A stretch of 64,000 bases of DNA. It comes from a bacterium. Lineage in GTDB: Bacteria > Patescibacteriota > Minisyncoccia > Phycocordibacterales > UBA5272. Location: contig JAYUJP010000053.1 of assembly GCA_043765155.1 (NCBI GenBank), forward strand, positions 14,116 through 78,115. Direction: 5' to 3'. This document shows, piece after piece, positions 49,231-59,644 of this stretch. The translations under genes were made by a program, and so were the position numbers. Position 1 is the stretch's first letter, and the number at the start of each line of letters is the position of its first letter. The notes under the pieces were generated by a model. The model ran no database searches. It saw nothing but the letters and a program-made list of their open reading frames with translations, and had not been told where the DNA came from.

Positions 49231-50356
49231 AAAAACACTCTCAATAGATATAGGCTCAAAACATATAAGATGCGTAGTATCTGACGGTGAGGAAATATTA
49301 AAAAGTTACTCTTTTGATAGTTATGGTGTTGAATACGGCATAATAAGTAACGAAAAAGCTTTTAGAGAAAATATTAAAAATATACTTGGAAATATCGCTT
49401 CTGACTTTAATCTTATACCCAAAAATGTACTATTAACAATATCAACTATGGAGCAGAACTCGGCCTCTCTGTCTGTAGTTACTTATACCAAAAGAGCTGA
49501 CGGAGTTATCACTGATCTAGATATAGAAAATATTAAAAATAACGCCAGGAAAAAAATTGATCATCTTAAAGATAAAATAATCCTGCATGAGATAATAATT
49601 AAAAATAAAGTTGACGGTAATATAGTATTAGGTGAAATCAAAAAATATAAAGGTGCAAAAATAGAATCTAAAGTCCTTTTTATATATGATGATCTACATA
49701 ATTATAAGATACTAAAAAAAGTTTTTGAGTCACTAAATGTAGAAATAGATAAAATACTCTCAGGCCCCCTAGTAGAGGCAGAAAATATATTAACAGAAAA
49801 GGAGAAAAGGCTAGGTACTGCAGTTCTTAATATAGGCCATCACATAAGTAGCGTGTGCGTATACGAGCGTGGCGTACCACTGCTATCTTCTTGTATAAAT
49901 TATGGAGGTGAATTTATAACTAGCGAGATAGCACTACTACTTAGAGTCGATCCAGATGCTGCGGAGGATATAAAAATAAATCTTAACTTAAAAGATTATA
50001 GCAAGAGAAAATGCGAAGAAATAATAGAAAATAGTATATATAAATTTTCAGAAGAAGTTAATCTAGAATTATCTAGAATAAAAAGATCAGGACTATTACC
50101 AGGCGGTATACGTATAATTGGTGGTAGTAGCGGACTAAGTAAAATAGAAAGTTATTTAAAGTATGACTTAAAACTACCAAGCATAAATACTTTTTTTGAT
50201 CCAAAATATTCTGAGATGCGAGGTGACCTAAACTATATAAAAAATTATGGGGCAAGCCGTTATTCTGATAATACAACCGAGATGTCCATATACAAAGATA
50301 TGCTCAAAAATAATTATCTAAAAGTTCATAGCTTTGTAAATAAATTCATGCCTTAG
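49202..50356 (+). CDS. ftsA: Cell division protein FtsA
   Basis: IDIGSKHI, EKRLG..VLNIG, LLPGGI.IIGGSS; adjacent to ftsZ. Confidence 0.9.
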   Translation: MNFWENIKDKKTLSIDIGSKHIRCVVSDGEEILKSYSFDSYGVEYGIISNEKAFRENIKNILGNIASDFNLIPKNVLLTISTMEQNSASLSVVTYTKRADGVITDLDIENIKNNARKKIDHLKDKIILHEIIIKNKVDGNIVLGEIKKYKGAKIESKVLFIYDDLHNYKILKKVFESLNVEIDKILSGPLVEAENILTEKEKRLGTAVLNIGHHISSVCVYERGVPLLSSCINYGGEFITSEIALLLRVDPDAAEDIKINLNLKDYSKRKCEEIIENSIYKFSEEVNLELSRIKRSGLLPGGIRIIGGSSGLSKIESYLKYDLKLPSINTFFDPKYSEMRGDLNYIKNYGASRYSDNTTEMSIYKDMLKNNYLKVHSFVNKFMP

Positions 50357-50471
50357 CATGTAAATAAATGTTAAAAATACGACACGTTAACCACAAGTGT
50401 CAATATTTTTATACTTTGTAAATTCTGTTATACTATATATTATATAAATATAGATTAAAACTTACAAAAAT

Positions 50472-51800
50472 ATGGCTAAATTAAATTACGCTCAAATAGA
50501 AACTGCTGCAAACATAAAAGTAATAGGTATAGGAGGCTCTGGAAAGAACGCTCTTAATCATATGGTTAACTCAAAACTAAAAGGCGTTGAGTTTATAGCC
50601 ATAAATACAGATACCCAAGATCTGCATAATTGCCTTGCAGAAAAGAAAATTCATATTGGCAAAAACTTAACACGTGGTCTTGGTGCTGGTATGGATCCAG
50701 AAGTTGGTAAAAGATCAGCCGAGGAGACAAGGGAAGAAATAATGGAATCAATCAAAGGGGCTGATATGGTATTCATTGCTGGTGGTTGTGGTGGTGGTAC
50801 ATTTACTGGGGCCGCTCCTATCGTCGCGGCCATTTGTAAAAACGAAGGTATACTTACTGTCGGTGTAGCTACTAAGCCATTCTTTTTTGAGGGTAATCAG
50901 CGTATGAGACTAGCCGAGCAAGGACTAGCTGAACTAGAAAAAGAAGTAGACGCGCTTATAATAATACCTAATGATAGAATATTATCAGTCGTGGATAAAA
51001 ATACAACAGTCACCCAAGCCTTTGCGATGTGCGACGAGATACTCAAGCAAGCAGTAGAAGGTATCTCGGATATAATAAGACTCTCAGGTAAGATGAATCT
51101 AGACTTTAATGACATAAGAAGGATCTTAAAAGATTCTGGTACTGCTCTATTTGGTATAGGTTATGGTGTCGGAGACAGCAGATCTACAGACGCAGCCACT
51201 CAGGCTATATCTAATCCGCTCCTGGATATATCTATCAATAATGCTACGGGCCTGCTATATGTTATATTCGGATCCGAAGATTTAACACTGCTTGAGACAG
51301 CTGAAGCTTCTAGAATAATAACCGAGTCAGTCTCACGTGATGCCAAGATTATATACGGTATATATAATGATGATACCCTCAAAAAAGATGAGGTAAAAAT
51401 AACAGTAATAGCTACTGGATTCCCAACTGCAAGTAATAGGCGTGACTCAGGACATGATGTATTTGACAGATCTGACAAGTACGCCGAGGAAAAAATAGAG
51501 AGAAATTTTAAACAAGAAAAAGAACAGGCTCCGGCGCCAGCTTTTAATTCTAGAAAAGATGAGGTACAAAAAGAAAATAGAGAAGATATTGATAATAATA
51601 ATATAAACAGTAATAATAAAAGAATAGAGCATTCTATAGATACAAAACCTGCTGAGTCTCATTCAATATTTTCAAAAGTGAGCAAAACCGAAGACTATAT
51701 AGATGACAAAAGAGTCACCAAGCCAATAGTGACTGACGAAGAGGAAGAAGATGACTGGGGATCACTTCCGCCATTTTTACAGAGAAAGAAAAAAGCGTAA
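50472..51800 (+). CDS. ftsZ: Cell division protein FtsZ
   Basis: INTDTQDL, GLGAG, GGCGGGTFTG tubulin motif, NLDFND, C-terminal LPPFL. Confidence 0.97.
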   Translation: MAKLNYAQIETAANIKVIGIGGSGKNALNHMVNSKLKGVEFIAINTDTQDLHNCLAEKKIHIGKNLTRGLGAGMDPEVGKRSAEETREEIMESIKGADMVFIAGGCGGGTFTGAAPIVAAICKNEGILTVGVATKPFFFEGNQRMRLAEQGLAELEKEVDALIIIPNDRILSVVDKNTTVTQAFAMCDEILKQAVEGISDIIRLSGKMNLDFNDIRRILKDSGTALFGIGYGVGDSRSTDAATQAISNPLLDISINNATGLLYVIFGSEDLTLLETAEASRIITESVSRDAKIIYGIYNDDTLKKDEVKITVIATGFPTASNRRDSGHDVFDRSDKYAEEKIERNFKQEKEQAPAPAFNSRKDEVQKENREDIDNNNINSNNKRIEHSIDTKPAESHSIFSKVSKTEDYIDDKRVTKPIVTDEEEEDDWGSLPPFLQRKKKA

Positions 51801-51866
51801 TATAAAACTTAAAAAATATCTCATAAACTTTTTATGAGATATTTTTTATGGTATAATATTATTTAT

Positions 51867-52841
51867 ATGGAAAACACAAATAATAATATCTATGACCTCA
51901 TAATAGTAGGTGGTGGTCCATCGGGAGCCTCAGCTGCTGTGTATGCAAGCAGAAAGCAAATGAAGACACTTTTAATTTTAAAAGAATGGGGAGGACAAAG
52001 TGTAGTGAGTGACGATATACAGAACTGGATAGGTACTCCGCATATATCAGGCAATGACCTAGCCAAAAGCTTTAAGGCTCATGTAGAAGAATATGCTGGA
52101 AATTTCTTAACTGTACAGACCGGCTACAATGTAACTAGCGCTGAGAATATTCTAAATACAGAAAATGAAAACAAAACTTTAAAAAAAGTCATCCTTGATA
52201 ACGGAACAGAGTTTTTAGGAAAAGCTTTGCTAATAACCACAGGATCGATAAGAAGAAAACTAGACATAAAGGGAGCTGAGACTTTTGAACACAAAGGGCT
52301 AACCTATTGCGCCACTTGTGATGGACCTATGTATGGTGGTATGGATGTAGTTGTAGTTGGGGGCGGCAATGCTGGATTTGAATCTGCAGCGCAGCTACTC
52401 GCTTATTGCAAAAGCGTGACACTACTCTCTCGCGGAGAACCACGTGCCGATGCTATAACTATAGAAAAACTAAAAACTAATACAAAATTTAAATTAGTAA
52501 TTGGCGCTACTCCAACAGAAATACTTGGGGATAAATTCGTCTCAGGAATAATATATACAGACTCAAATAATCAAGAAGTAACATTAGAAGTTGGCGGCGT
52601 ATTTGTAGAAATAGGTCAAATACCCGCAACAGATTGGTGTAAAAATGTAGCCATGCTCGACGAATATGGTAAAGTAAAAATTAATCCTTGGAGCCAAAAA
52701 TGTGTAGATACAAATAATATAGACCTTGAAAATACTTGGGCCGCAGGTGACTGTACCAATATACTTTATCATCAAAACAACATAGCTAGCGGCGACGCTG
52801 TACGCGCCACTGAGGATATATATAAGACCATACACTCATAG
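51867..52841 (+). CDS. trxB: Thioredoxin reductase
   Basis: IVGGGPSG, YCATCDG, VVGGGNAG, AAGD. Confidence 0.9.
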   Translation: MENTNNNIYDLIIVGGGPSGASAAVYASRKQMKTLLILKEWGGQSVVSDDIQNWIGTPHISGNDLAKSFKAHVEEYAGNFLTVQTGYNVTSAENILNTENENKTLKKVILDNGTEFLGKALLITTGSIRRKLDIKGAETFEHKGLTYCATCDGPMYGGMDVVVVGGGNAGFESAAQLLAYCKSVTLLSRGEPRADAITIEKLKTNTKFKLVIGATPTEILGDKFVSGIIYTDSNNQEVTLEVGGVFVEIGQIPATDWCKNVAMLDEYGKVKINPWSQKCVDTNNIDLENTWAAGDCTNILYHQNNIASGDAVRATEDIYKTIHS

Positions 52842-52967
52842 CTACAAAATTAATCTAACTACTCTATTTACTTTATATTAGTATAAGTATATAATTTGTA
52901 TATAATAAATAAACTAGTAAATAATCACACTTAATCAACAAGTAGCTAATTAGGTTAAATAAAATAT

Positions 52968-53474
52968 ATGTCAGAAATAAATAATATTAGAAATAATAAA
53001 AAAGTAAGGTTAGCGGTAATAATTGTATTGATGGCAGTAGTAGCTATACTCTATTTTAGAAATGTAAACACGGGTAACCTCACAACAGCAGATGGTATCA
53101 AGTCTGAAATGGGACAAAATATGAAGCCAGATACACTTGAGAAAAAAGTGCTAATAGGTATTATGGGGCTGCTTGGGGTTGGTCTAGGCTTAGAGGCTAC
53201 CAATAATGACATAGATCTAGGTAAGCTGATAAAGACTGGTAGCCTATCTGCATCCAAAGTATTGCGTGACAAGTCTGGTAATGTAGTAACCGCAGAAGAG
53301 GTAAAAGCGGGCACAAAAGTAGCAAAAGCTACTGATGAGTATAACTGTGTAGATTTTAAAACTCAGCCCGAGGCGCAGCAATTTTACGACAATGCTGGCG
53401 GCGTTAAGGGTGATACTAATGGACTAGATGGTGATAAAAATGGCCAGGCTTGCCAGGCACTTCCAAAAAGGTAA
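52968..53474 (+). CDS. Membrane protein with Excalibur calcium-binding domain
   Basis: YNCVDFKTQPEAQQFY...D..GLDGDKNGQAC. Confidence 0.85.
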   Translation: MSEINNIRNNKKVRLAVIIVLMAVVAILYFRNVNTGNLTTADGIKSEMGQNMKPDTLEKKVLIGIMGLLGVGLGLEATNNDIDLGKLIKTGSLSASKVLRDKSGNVVTAEEVKAGTKVAKATDEYNCVDFKTQPEAQQFYDNAGGVKGDTNGLDGDKNGQACQALPKR

Positions 53475-53487
53475 AGAGAGGCTAAAA

Positions 53488-53572
53488 ATAAAAGCTAATA
53501 CTAATTTATGAGTCAGCGCGTGGGGTTCCCTCTGGGATTAAGCAGGACGAAGAAAATAGTATTAGCTTTTAT
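53488..53572. other. 16-bp perfect inverted repeat enclosing a GC-rich 53-nt core (possible small RNA or miniature element)
   Basis: ATAAAAGCTAATACTA (53488-53503) and TAGTATTAGCTTTTAT (53557-53572). Confidence 0.5.
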
Positions 53573-53669
53573 ATTATAAGAGTAAATATATTTGTATATT
53601 GAAATAAACTTCAAAATGTGTTAAAATATTGAAACTTGATACTCATACTGCTGTATGAATATCAGGTAT

Positions 53670-53741
53670 GGCCCCATCGTCTAATGGTTAGGACAACGGG
53701 TTTTCAATCCGTTAACGGGAGTTCAATTCTCCCTGGGGTCA
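53670..53741 (+). tRNA. tRNA-Glu(TTC)
   Basis: GGCCCCA/TGGGGTC acceptor stem; ACGGG-TT-TTC-AA-TCCGT anticodon arm; GTTCAATTC T-loop. Confidence 0.95.
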
Positions 53742-53796
53742 CATTCAACAGCTAGCACGAAAGGCGTGCGGTAAAGACTGCTGAATACAGCGCTTT

Positions 53797-56079
53797 ATGA
53801 TTACTAAGATTAATAAAATAAAAGATTTTGGCGTCTTAAAAAACTTCAATGGAAGTGCCTTGCCTGAATTTAAAACATTTAATCTTATTTATGGCTGGAA
53901 CTATTCAGGAAAGACAACGCTTTCAAGAGTTTTTAGATGTTTAGAAAAAGGAAAGTTGCACGATGATTACTTAACAGCAACTTTTGAATTGGAAAATGCA
54001 ACTGCAAAATACGATAACACATTTGCAGTAAAGCCAAACATACGAGTTTTCAATTCAGACTTTGTAAAAGATAATTTAAAATGGGATGCAGATAATATTG
54101 AACCAATATTTTTACTCGGTGCAGAAAATATAGAACTTCAAACCGAACTAAAGCAAAAGGAAACAGACTTAGCAACAGCCGAAATAGATGTCGCAGAAGC
54201 AAAAAGACTGAGAACAGAGAAACAAAACCGTATTAACGGAGCGGTTACAAATAAGGCAAGAGACATTGGAACTTTATTAAGTATCAGACTATTTGATAGT
54301 CGCCACTTTTTGCCAATCGTAGACAAAGTAAAAACTGCAGTTGCTACTTACACTTTAAGTCAAGCTGATTTTGACAAGTATAAAGCACAGGCTATTTCCA
54401 ATGAACAGAAACCACCAATCGGAGAAATAAATATTTCAATTGCAGATTTAGCGACACTTAAAACAGAAGTAGAAACGATTTTGCAAAGACAAGCCGCATC
54501 AGACAATGAAATTCAAAAATTACTGGGCAACAAACCAATAAGCGACTGGGTTGAAACTGGCAAAAGTTTGCACGAAGGCAAAACAAATTGTGAGTTTTGT
54601 GGAAACACCTTGCCAACTGATTTATTAGAGAAATTGAATGAGCATTTTTCAAAAGATTATGAGTTACTAAAAACGGATATTGAAACTAAACTTAAAACAT
54701 TAAACGCTTCAAAAATTGCTATTGCAACTCCTTTGCCAACTGAAACAGCTTTTTACACAGACTTGCTTGCTGATTTCAGAACAAAGAAACCATTGCTTGA
54801 AACTGATATAACAAATTTTAATAATTCAATTGCTTCTCTGATTAAAGATTTGGAAAGTAAAAAAGACAAGCCTTTCGACAGACTTGAAGTTACAGCGTTT
54901 ACAGACAATAAAGCAACTCTTGAAACATCACTTTCTAATTTCAATGTTGTAATTAAAACCAACGACCTAAGGACAGCAGGTTTTACAACAGAAAAGAATG
55001 CAGCAATTGAAAAACTGAAAGACCATTTTGCAGCAGAATTTGAAACAAACGAAACTTATTCGGCAATTCAAACTCAACTTACAAACGAACAAACCGCAAT
55101 TGATGCAAAAGGCTTAGCCATTGAAGGACAAAAAAAAGCAATTATTTTAATCAAATCACAACTTGACGAAACAGTTAAAGGAGCAGGAGTTGTAAATGAT
55201 TATTTAAAAATATTCTTCGGTAAGGATGATGTTCAAATTACGCCAACAACTGATAAAAAGTTTCAACTTTTAAGAGGAACAGATGTAGCCAAAAATTTAA
55301 GTGAAGGAGAAAAAACAGCTATTTCATTTGCTTATTTCACAGCAAAACTTGAGGAGCAAAATAATAAAATAGCTGACACAATAGTTTGCATAGACGACCC
55401 AATTTCAAGTTTAGATTCAAACCATTTGTTTAACATCTATTCGTTTATTAAAAATATTTTTTACGAGTGTAAACTCGACCCGCTCACAAACAAAAAAGTT
55501 CATCAGCCGAAATGTAAACAATTATTTATCTCTACTCACAACTTTGATTTTCATAATTTAATTTATGACTGGTTCAAGGGATTAAAAAAGGACAACCAAG
55601 CATGCTGGATTATTGAAAGACACAAAAATTCATACAAAGACGAGTCTGTAATTAAGGAAAACACTAAACTGTTAACTATTTTTAACTCTGAATATGTATA
55701 TTTATTTTCAATACTTAATAAATTTAAAGAAGCACCTTCTGATCATTATGAATTTTTATATAATTTACCTAACACAGCAAGACGTTTTGTGGAGATATAC
55801 TTAAGCTTCAAGTTTCTCTCTGTAAAAATGGATGATAATATTAATGAGTTTATAGCTGACCCCATCGAGGCAGAGAAGGTTAGAAAATTCATGCACTATT
55901 ATAGTCACGGATTAACTTCAGGTACGCAAGTTAGATTTCCTCAAGTAGATGAATGTATTGGTGCTGTAAGTATAATATTTGAGTCTATAGAAAATAATGA
56001 TAAATCTCATTATGACTCTCTTTTAAAGTCTATAAAAATATATACACATAATACAGATTGTTATAGTGCTATAAAATAA
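53797..56079 (+). CDS. RloC-like AAA_13 ATPase / HEPN anticodon nuclease (anti-phage)
   Basis: IYGWNYSGKTT, coiled coil with CEFC zinc hook, LSEGEK, IDDPISSLD, STH; C-terminal NTARRFVE and RKFMHYYSH. Confidence 0.88.
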   Translation: MITKINKIKDFGVLKNFNGSALPEFKTFNLIYGWNYSGKTTLSRVFRCLEKGKLHDDYLTATFELENATAKYDNTFAVKPNIRVFNSDFVKDNLKWDADNIEPIFLLGAENIELQTELKQKETDLATAEIDVAEAKRLRTEKQNRINGAVTNKARDIGTLLSIRLFDSRHFLPIVDKVKTAVATYTLSQADFDKYKAQAISNEQKPPIGEINISIADLATLKTEVETILQRQAASDNEIQKLLGNKPISDWVETGKSLHEGKTNCEFCGNTLPTDLLEKLNEHFSKDYELLKTDIETKLKTLNASKIAIATPLPTETAFYTDLLADFRTKKPLLETDITNFNNSIASLIKDLESKKDKPFDRLEVTAFTDNKATLETSLSNFNVVIKTNDLRTAGFTTEKNAAIEKLKDHFAAEFETNETYSAIQTQLTNEQTAIDAKGLAIEGQKKAIILIKSQLDETVKGAGVVNDYLKIFFGKDDVQITPTTDKKFQLLRGTDVAKNLSEGEKTAISFAYFTAKLEEQNNKIADTIVCIDDPISSLDSNHLFNIYSFIKNIFYECKLDPLTNKKVHQPKCKQLFISTHNFDFHNLIYDWFKGLKKDNQACWIIERHKNSYKDESVIKENTKLLTIFNSEYVYLFSILNKFKEAPSDHYEFLYNLPNTARRFVEIYLSFKFLSVKMDDNINEFIADPIEAEKVRKFMHYYSHGLTSGTQVRFPQVDECIGAVSIIFESIENNDKSHYDSLLKSIKIYTHNTDCYSAIK

Positions 56080-56201
56080 TACCAATAAACCTTACCTTGT
56101 AATAAACATCCTAGGTTCTATCTCAAGAACGCTCACAGAAAATAATTTAATATTAACTTAACAAGAGTAGTGATTTTGTGCTATAATATGAAAACAAATC
56201 A

Positions 56202-56274
56202 GATCGATTAGCTCAGTTGGTAGAGCGCTTCCTTGACGTGGAAGAGGTCAGAGGTTCGACCCCTCTATCGATCA
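56202..56274 (+). tRNA. tRNA-Val(GAC)
   Basis: GATCGAT/ATCGATC acceptor stem; CTTCC-TT-GAC-GT-GGAAG anticodon arm; GGTTCGACCC T-arm. Confidence 0.95.
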
Positions 56275-56371
56275 CTAGAAAGTTTAAATATTACTAATGC
56301 AAAAATAAAAACTTCTTTTAAAAAAGAAGTTTTTATTTTTTAATTTTTGTAAAAAGCTATTAACTTATTTT

Positions 56372-58342
56372 TTATTTCTTAATAGCTATACCGTGCGCTT
56401 TTAGTATAAGCTCAAATTCTTCACGTTCTAGATTTTCTTTTTCTACTAGGTCTACCACTATGTGATCTAGTACTGCTCTATACTCTCTGACTATTTTCCT
56501 TGCTGTATCACGTCCGTCCTCAACTATTCTTTTTATCTCATCATCTATTAGCTTTGAAAATTCATTACTATATATCTTGTCCCCGCTACTTCTACCAAAA
56601 GTTATAGCATTCCTGTCTGACTCTATAGATATTGGCCCCACAAGGTCACTCATGCCGTAACGTGTCACCATAGCCCTCGCCATCGCTGTAGCCTGCTCTA
56701 TATCAGAACTTGGCCCTGTACTAGTCACTCCTTCGATCAGCTCCTCAGCGGCATAACCACCAAAAGTCATAGCTATATCATCAATAAAAACATTTTTGTT
56801 GGTAAGTCTACGCTCATCGGTTGGCAGCTTAAGAGTGTAACCTCCGGCATTACCGCGGCTAATTATAGATATCTTATGTACTGGATCAGCATGAGGTAGT
56901 ACAGCGGCTACCAAGGCATGTCCTGCCTCATGATAGGCGACTAACTTTTTTTCCTCCTCACCCATGAGGTGATTCTTCCTCTCGGCTCCTAGCATTATCT
57001 TTTCTATACTTCTTATAATGTCGTACTGAGCTATCTCAGTTCTCTTTTCCCTAGCAGCGAGTATAGCAGCCTCATTCATCAGGGCCTGCAGCTCCGCTCC
57101 TGAAAATCCTGGAGTACGAGTCGCTATCAGCTCTAGATTAATATCATCACCAAATTTCTTGCCCTTGCTATGTACTACTAATATTTCTTTTCTTTCTATT
57201 CTATCTGGTAAGTCTATAATTATACGCCTATCAAAACGTCCAGGTCGTAATAACGCAGTATCAAGTACATCAGACCTGTTAGTCGCAGCTAGGACTATTA
57301 CTTTTTGTGTTGGTTCAAAGCCGTCCATCTCGACAAGTATCTGATTAAGAGTCTGCTCACGCTCATCATTGCCGCCTCCCATACCCACGCCGCGGCTACG
57401 CCCTATACTGTCTATCTCATCTATAAAAATAATAGCAGGAGCTGACTTTTTCGCCTCAGAAAATAGATCGCGTACACGTGAGGCACCAACTCCCACAAAC
57501 ATCTCTATAAATTCTGATCCAGAAAGGTGGAAAAATGGTACTTTTGCCTCGCCAGCTACTGCGCGCGCAAGTAATGTCTTACCGGTACCAGGGGCACCGG
57601 TCATGAGTACACCTTTTGGTATTACTGCTCCTATGTCAATAAATTTCTCTGGCTTTTTTAAGAATTCTACTATTTCGGCCAATTCCTCCTTGGCAACTTT
57701 GGCACCAGCTACGTCCTCAAAAGTTACCTGCTTATCATTATCATCCGGCATTATTTTCTTAGCCCTGGTATTACCAAAACTAAGCGCGCCCATATTAGCG
57801 CCCTTAACACCGCGAAGTAACATAAATATTAAGATACCGAAAAATAATATAGGCAAAAATATACCTACTGCTCCAAGCCAATATTTAAAACCAGAATCAT
57901 CTACTATATTTATTTTTATTTTGGCTAAGCTATCTGGACTTGCCCCAAGATTTTTAAGGGTTTCTGTGACCCCTGATTCTAATTCTTTTTTAGACTTATA
58001 TGACAAAAATGTAGTCGTAGAATTAGAAGAGCTCGCAGAATTTATGCCACTAATTATACTAGTATCTATTATTAACTCCTGGCCTTTTACTTTTATCTCA
58101 GTTACTTTGTTTTCATTTACAAAAGTTACAAGCTCCGACAGCGATATGCTTTTTATATTTTTATCCTCACCACCAAAAATACTTTGTCCTGATATATATG
58201 GATAAAAAAAGAATATAAATATTATAGCGAGTGTGAACCACCAATTTTTTAGAAATTCTACAAAAGAGTTTCTACTATTTTGATCTTTGTTTTTATTATT
58301 ATTTTTTTCTGAAAGATTCTGATTTTTTTTATTTTTGAACAT
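56372..58342 (-). CDS. ftsH: ATP-dependent zinc metalloprotease FtsH
   Basis: Two TM segments, [30 protein letters not shown]. Confidence 0.98.
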   Translation of the reverse strand: MFKNKKNQNLSEKNNNKNKDQNSRNSFVEFLKNWWFTLAIIFIFFFYPYISGQSIFGGEDKNIKSISLSELVTFVNENKVTEIKVKGQELIIDTSIISGINSASSSNSTTTFLSYKSKKELESGVTETLKNLGASPDSLAKIKINIVDDSGFKYWLGAVGIFLPILFFGILIFMLLRGVKGANMGALSFGNTRAKKIMPDDNDKQVTFEDVAGAKVAKEELAEIVEFLKKPEKFIDIGAVIPKGVLMTGAPGTGKTLLARAVAGEAKVPFFHLSGSEFIEMFVGVGASRVRDLFSEAKKSAPAIIFIDEIDSIGRSRGVGMGGGNDEREQTLNQILVEMDGFEPTQKVIVLAATNRSDVLDTALLRPGRFDRRIIIDLPDRIERKEILVVHSKGKKFGDDINLELIATRTPGFSGAELQALMNEAAILAAREKRTEIAQYDIIRSIEKIMLGAERKNHLMGEEEKKLVAYHEAGHALVAAVLPHADPVHKISIISRGNAGGYTLKLPTDERRLTNKNVFIDDIAMTFGGYAAEELIEGVTSTGPSSDIEQATAMARAMVTRYGMSDLVGPISIESDRNAITFGRSSGDKIYSNEFSKLIDDEIKRIVEDGRDTARKIVREYRAVLDHIVVDLVEKENLEREEFELILKAHGIAIKK

Positions 58343-58360
58343 ATTTTTTATACTACTATA

Positions 58361-59458
58361 TTATATCCCTTCTGCCTGCAAGTCTTGTACTAATTTTTTG
58401 GCCTCTTTTGAAAGTTTTTTTGGTAGCTCTATATTAAGCTTGATTAGGGCGTCACCTCTACTTCTGTTATTTCTATTTGGTACACCTCTATTTGCTACGC
58501 GAACCACCTCATCTATAGATACGCCGCCGGCTAGGCTAATTTCTATAGGACCGTCAAGTGACTCTACAGTATGGGTGAATCCAAGCAGCGCGTCAGATAA
58601 TTTTATCTTATGTTCTGCTATTAAGTCATACCCAGATCTACTCCAAACTTTATCCCTAGCTACCCTTATTTTTACAAACATATCACCGCTAGTACCTGCT
58701 TTTATCGCCTCACCTTGCTCCAGGATTTTTATCATCTCGCCATCATTGATGCCGGCTGGTACATCTATATTTATCTCGCTCCTGCCATGCTTAACTCCTT
58801 GCCCTTTACAGTCAGAACATTTTTCTTTGTAGACTTGGCCTGTAGCGTCACAATCATCACAGTTTTTAACTGTCTGCATAGCCCCCATAAATGTTCTCTT
58901 GGTCTCATACATTCTACCTTGTCCATTACATTTGGCGCAGCTAACTTTACCGCTAGCTTCTTTTCCTCCAGAACCTTTGCAGGTAACACATTTTGAAGTC
59001 TTGTTGATAACAACATTACGAGCTGCACCAAATATACTTTCTTTAAAGCTAATCTCTATGTCCATAGATATATCACGTCCACGTCTCTCTTGCCTACCAA
59101 AACCTCCAAATCCGCCGCCAAACATATCTCCAAATATATCACCAAGATCATCAAAATCTATATTAACACCATCAAAACCCTGTGATCCAAAACCTCCAAA
59201 TGGTCCGCCAGATTGATGCTGAGATCTTCCTCCTGCGTTTGATCCAGCACCAGAAAAAGTCTGACCATACATATCATACTCTTTTCTTTTACCTTCATCT
59301 GAGAGTACTTGATAGGCCTCATTAACCTCTTTAAACTTTGACTCATCACCGCCCTTATCAGGATGATGCTTAGCCGCGAGCTTATAAAAAGCTTTTTTAA
59401 TAACGTCTTTGTCTGCTTTTTTGTCTACTCCGAGTAGGTCATAATAATTTTTTGCCAT
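58361..59458 (-). CDS. dnaJ: Chaperone DnaJ
   Basis: J domain HPD, G/F-rich region, four CxxCxGxG-type repeats. Start at MAKNYY (59458). Confidence 0.96.
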   Translation of the reverse strand: MAKNYYDLLGVDKKADKDVIKKAFYKLAAKHHPDKGGDESKFKEVNEAYQVLSDEGKRKEYDMYGQTFSGAGSNAGGRSQHQSGGPFGGFGSQGFDGVNIDFDDLGDIFGDMFGGGFGGFGRQERRGRDISMDIEISFKESIFGAARNVVINKTSKCVTCKGSGGKEASGKVSCAKCNGQGRMYETKRTFMGAMQTVKNCDDCDATGQVYKEKCSDCKGQGVKHGRSEINIDVPAGINDGEMIKILEQGEAIKAGTSGDMFVKIRVARDKVWSRSGYDLIAEHKIKLSDALLGFTHTVESLDGPIEISLAGGVSIDEVVRVANRGVPNRNNRSRGDALIKLNIELPKKLSKEAKKLVQDLQAEGI

Positions 59459-59644
59459 AGTTTTTATATGATATTTCTTACTATATTTATACCATAAACA
59501 CAAAATCCGCGCAAGCGGATTTTGTGGGACATTTTGTTGTTGATTGTAAGTAATGTGTCTATATTTTTGCAAATATAAATACACTTCTCACATCTGTAAT
59601 TATAGCAACTAGCTATTTTAAAGTCAAATCTTAAGTTATATATT

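Noticed and set aside
53504-53556. Hammerhead ribozyme (ATGA-GTC...GAC-GAA)
   Set aside because: The core reads TTTATGA and GAAG rather than CTGATGA and GAAA, and stems I and III cannot both be built.
53742-56201. Integrative element or prophage at tRNA-Glu
   Set aside because: No integrase, no duplicated tRNA 3' end and only one cargo gene.
57369-58832. 278-aa and 165-aa plus-strand ORFs
   Set aside because: Antisense shadows of ftsH and dnaJ.
59459-59584. N-terminal extension of DnaJ, or a CIRCE element upstream
   Set aside because: The J domain begins at MAKNYY (59458). The upstream palindrome CACAAAATCCGC-GCAA-GCGGATTTTGTG is a GNRA hairpin, not TTAGCACTC-N9-GAGTGCTAA.
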